Positions 62,460-64,000 of a DNA stretch of 64,000 nt are shown piece by piece. The position numbers and the translations under genes are program-made. The stretch comes from Phaeosaccion multiseriatum (Eukaryota; Protista; Ochrophyta, other classes). Below the pieces are notes generated by a model. It was not told the origin of the DNA. It saw only the letters and a list, made by a program, of their open reading frames with translations, and searched no databases. Where the stretch lies: positions 1,674,001-1,738,000 of the forward strand of contig OZ218962.1 in assembly GCA_965112735.1 (NCBI GenBank), read 5' to 3'. Within the stretch, counting starts at the first letter, position 1. Each line of letters begins with the position of its first letter.

Positions 62460-64000
62460 ATGAGTGCCACTTATAAGCAAAAGATGCTAGTGGAGCATGG
62501 GCCCTTGGAGACGAGGGCACTGAACAGGGAAATGTTCCGACACGATGCCGAGCAACCGGGAGTCAAATGGAATTCTTTCCTCCAGCAGTGCAAGAAGGAG
62601 GAGAAGGCTTTTCAGCGCGCAGAGAATGCCAAGAAGTCTCGCATGAAGCAAAAGTCCCCCACCGTGAGTGCATTCTTGAGGAAGCTGCAGTACGTGCTGA
62701 ACAAGCGCATCAAGACGCAGGGGGGCAGCGCGCTAGGGATCATCCGGGCTCTCTTTCTTCATTGCGACGCCAATGCATCGGGGTCGCTCAGCTTGGACGA
62801 GTTTACACATGGCATGGCGACTTTCGGGGTGCCCGTCACTGCGAGCGAAGTAGACGCTGTTTTCGACCACTACGCGGATCAGAAGAAGGGCCTCGACTAT
62901 CGCCGGCTTATCGAGGAGACAATTAAGGTGTATCCCGACGTGCTTTCGTCAGAGACGGGTCTCACAAAGAGAATTATGGGCAGCGCAACCACCGAGAGAT
63001 CGTTTCTGGGCATCAGAAGAGACACAAAGGTATGGGAAGTGGGCTCGGTCTCTCTCCCTCTCTCCTTCCTGCAGCCACCAACTCTTCTCAATGCCCACCT
63101 GTTTGGTTGTAACTGGGGGATATACGAACACGTACTCAGGAGGAGACCCCCATGATCAAAGCCTTTGTAAAGAAGCTCAAGATGGTGCTCGCCAAACACA
63201 TGCGAGAAGTGGGAGGGACGGAGGCCTCCATCCTGTCCACGCTCTTCATTCGCTGGGACAGGAACCAATCCGGACTCACGGAACTCGAGGTACGTATGTG
63301 GTGTTGCACCGTCTCCGAGAAGGAAGGCGCAAGAGAATAATCTACCCATCTGTATGCCCTCACTCCCCCCCTTCACCTCCACCCACCCTCAGGAGCTGAA
63401 GGGCGCGCTACGGTCTCTAGGTATGGCCATCACTGGGGAACAGGCACAGGAGCTGATTCGCTTCTACTCGAGGGGGGGCGAGGACAGGAAGACGGGCGTG
63501 CATTATAGCGATATTATCAAGCACATCTCCACCGGCGAGGCCACAATCCTCAGCCACGACACGCCCGAGGAGATGGAAAGGCTGCGTACAGACCGCCCCA
63601 CAGCGAGGAGCCATTTAGACGACTACACCTTCACGGCCAGGTGGGTTCGAAGGTTCGCTTCCCCACAAGCCTCACAGCTGCTTGATGTATATACACTTGC
63701 GTTGCGAGCACTCCAAACGCTCTAGACTGTAGACTCTGGCCGGTCAGTCAGTCAGACAGACAGTCAGTCAGTCAGTCAGACAGTCAGTCAGTCACAGTCA
63801 TTCATTCATTCAGTCAGTCAGTCAGCCAGTCTGTGAGTCAGTCAGTCAGTCATTCGTTCATTCAGTCCGTCAGTCAGTCTGTCGGTCAGTCATTCACGCC
63901 CCAACTCTGCCATCATCCCATCCTCTGTCTGGTGCAGGCCCAAAAGGAAGAACAAGTGCAAGGTGGTGGAAGCGTTCAAGATGAGGTGAGTGTGTGTGTG
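62460..64000 (+). CDS. Multi-EF-hand calcium-binding protein (partial, runs off the window)
   Basis: DANASGSLSLDEF, FIRWDRNQSG, ELKGALRSLGM; spliced exons continue to the window end. Confidence 0.75.
63743..63895. repeat. Intronic (CAGT/CATT)n microsatellite
   Basis: Read directly from the sequence. Confidence 0.9.

Overview
Gene-dense, intron-containing eukaryotic DNA with short (~100 bp) GT-AG introns and many microsatellites. It most likely comes from a flagellated photosynthetic stramenopile (ochrophyte): one gene has a signal peptide plus ASAFAP-type plastid leader, and RAB28 and a Sig1/Ocm1-like EGF protein are present. Housekeeping genes recognised: DKC1/CBF5, RBX1, PP2C, a Qc-SNARE, RAB28, a fibrillin-like protein, COG6, TPI, XPO1, GAR1, an ArfGAP, WDR62/MAPKBP1, LYAR and an EF-hand protein. 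Two regions stand out. (1) 33762-43245 is a spliced gene for a ~3050-aa secreted protein. It joins a mastigoneme (Sig1/Ocm1)-like EGF head to roughly 340 seven-residue beta-strand repeats and ends in a phage-tail-fibre-type self-cleaving Peptidase_S74 chaperone with intact Ser/Lys residues plus a coiled coil, making it a candidate eukaryotic trimeric fibre built like a phage tailspike. (2) 25750-33540 holds two head-to-tail Helentron/Helitron2-like elements with PIF1 helicase remnants; the second carries an apparently intact Crypton tyrosine-recombinase transposon with hairpin ends and a PHD-like finger. Also present: two MITEs with TCGGC..GCCGA termini and 6-bp TSDs, a perfect 53-bp fold-back hairpin at a truncated LTR integrase, and an inverted dispersed Helitron-like repeat. 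All calls are by eye; no database searches were run.
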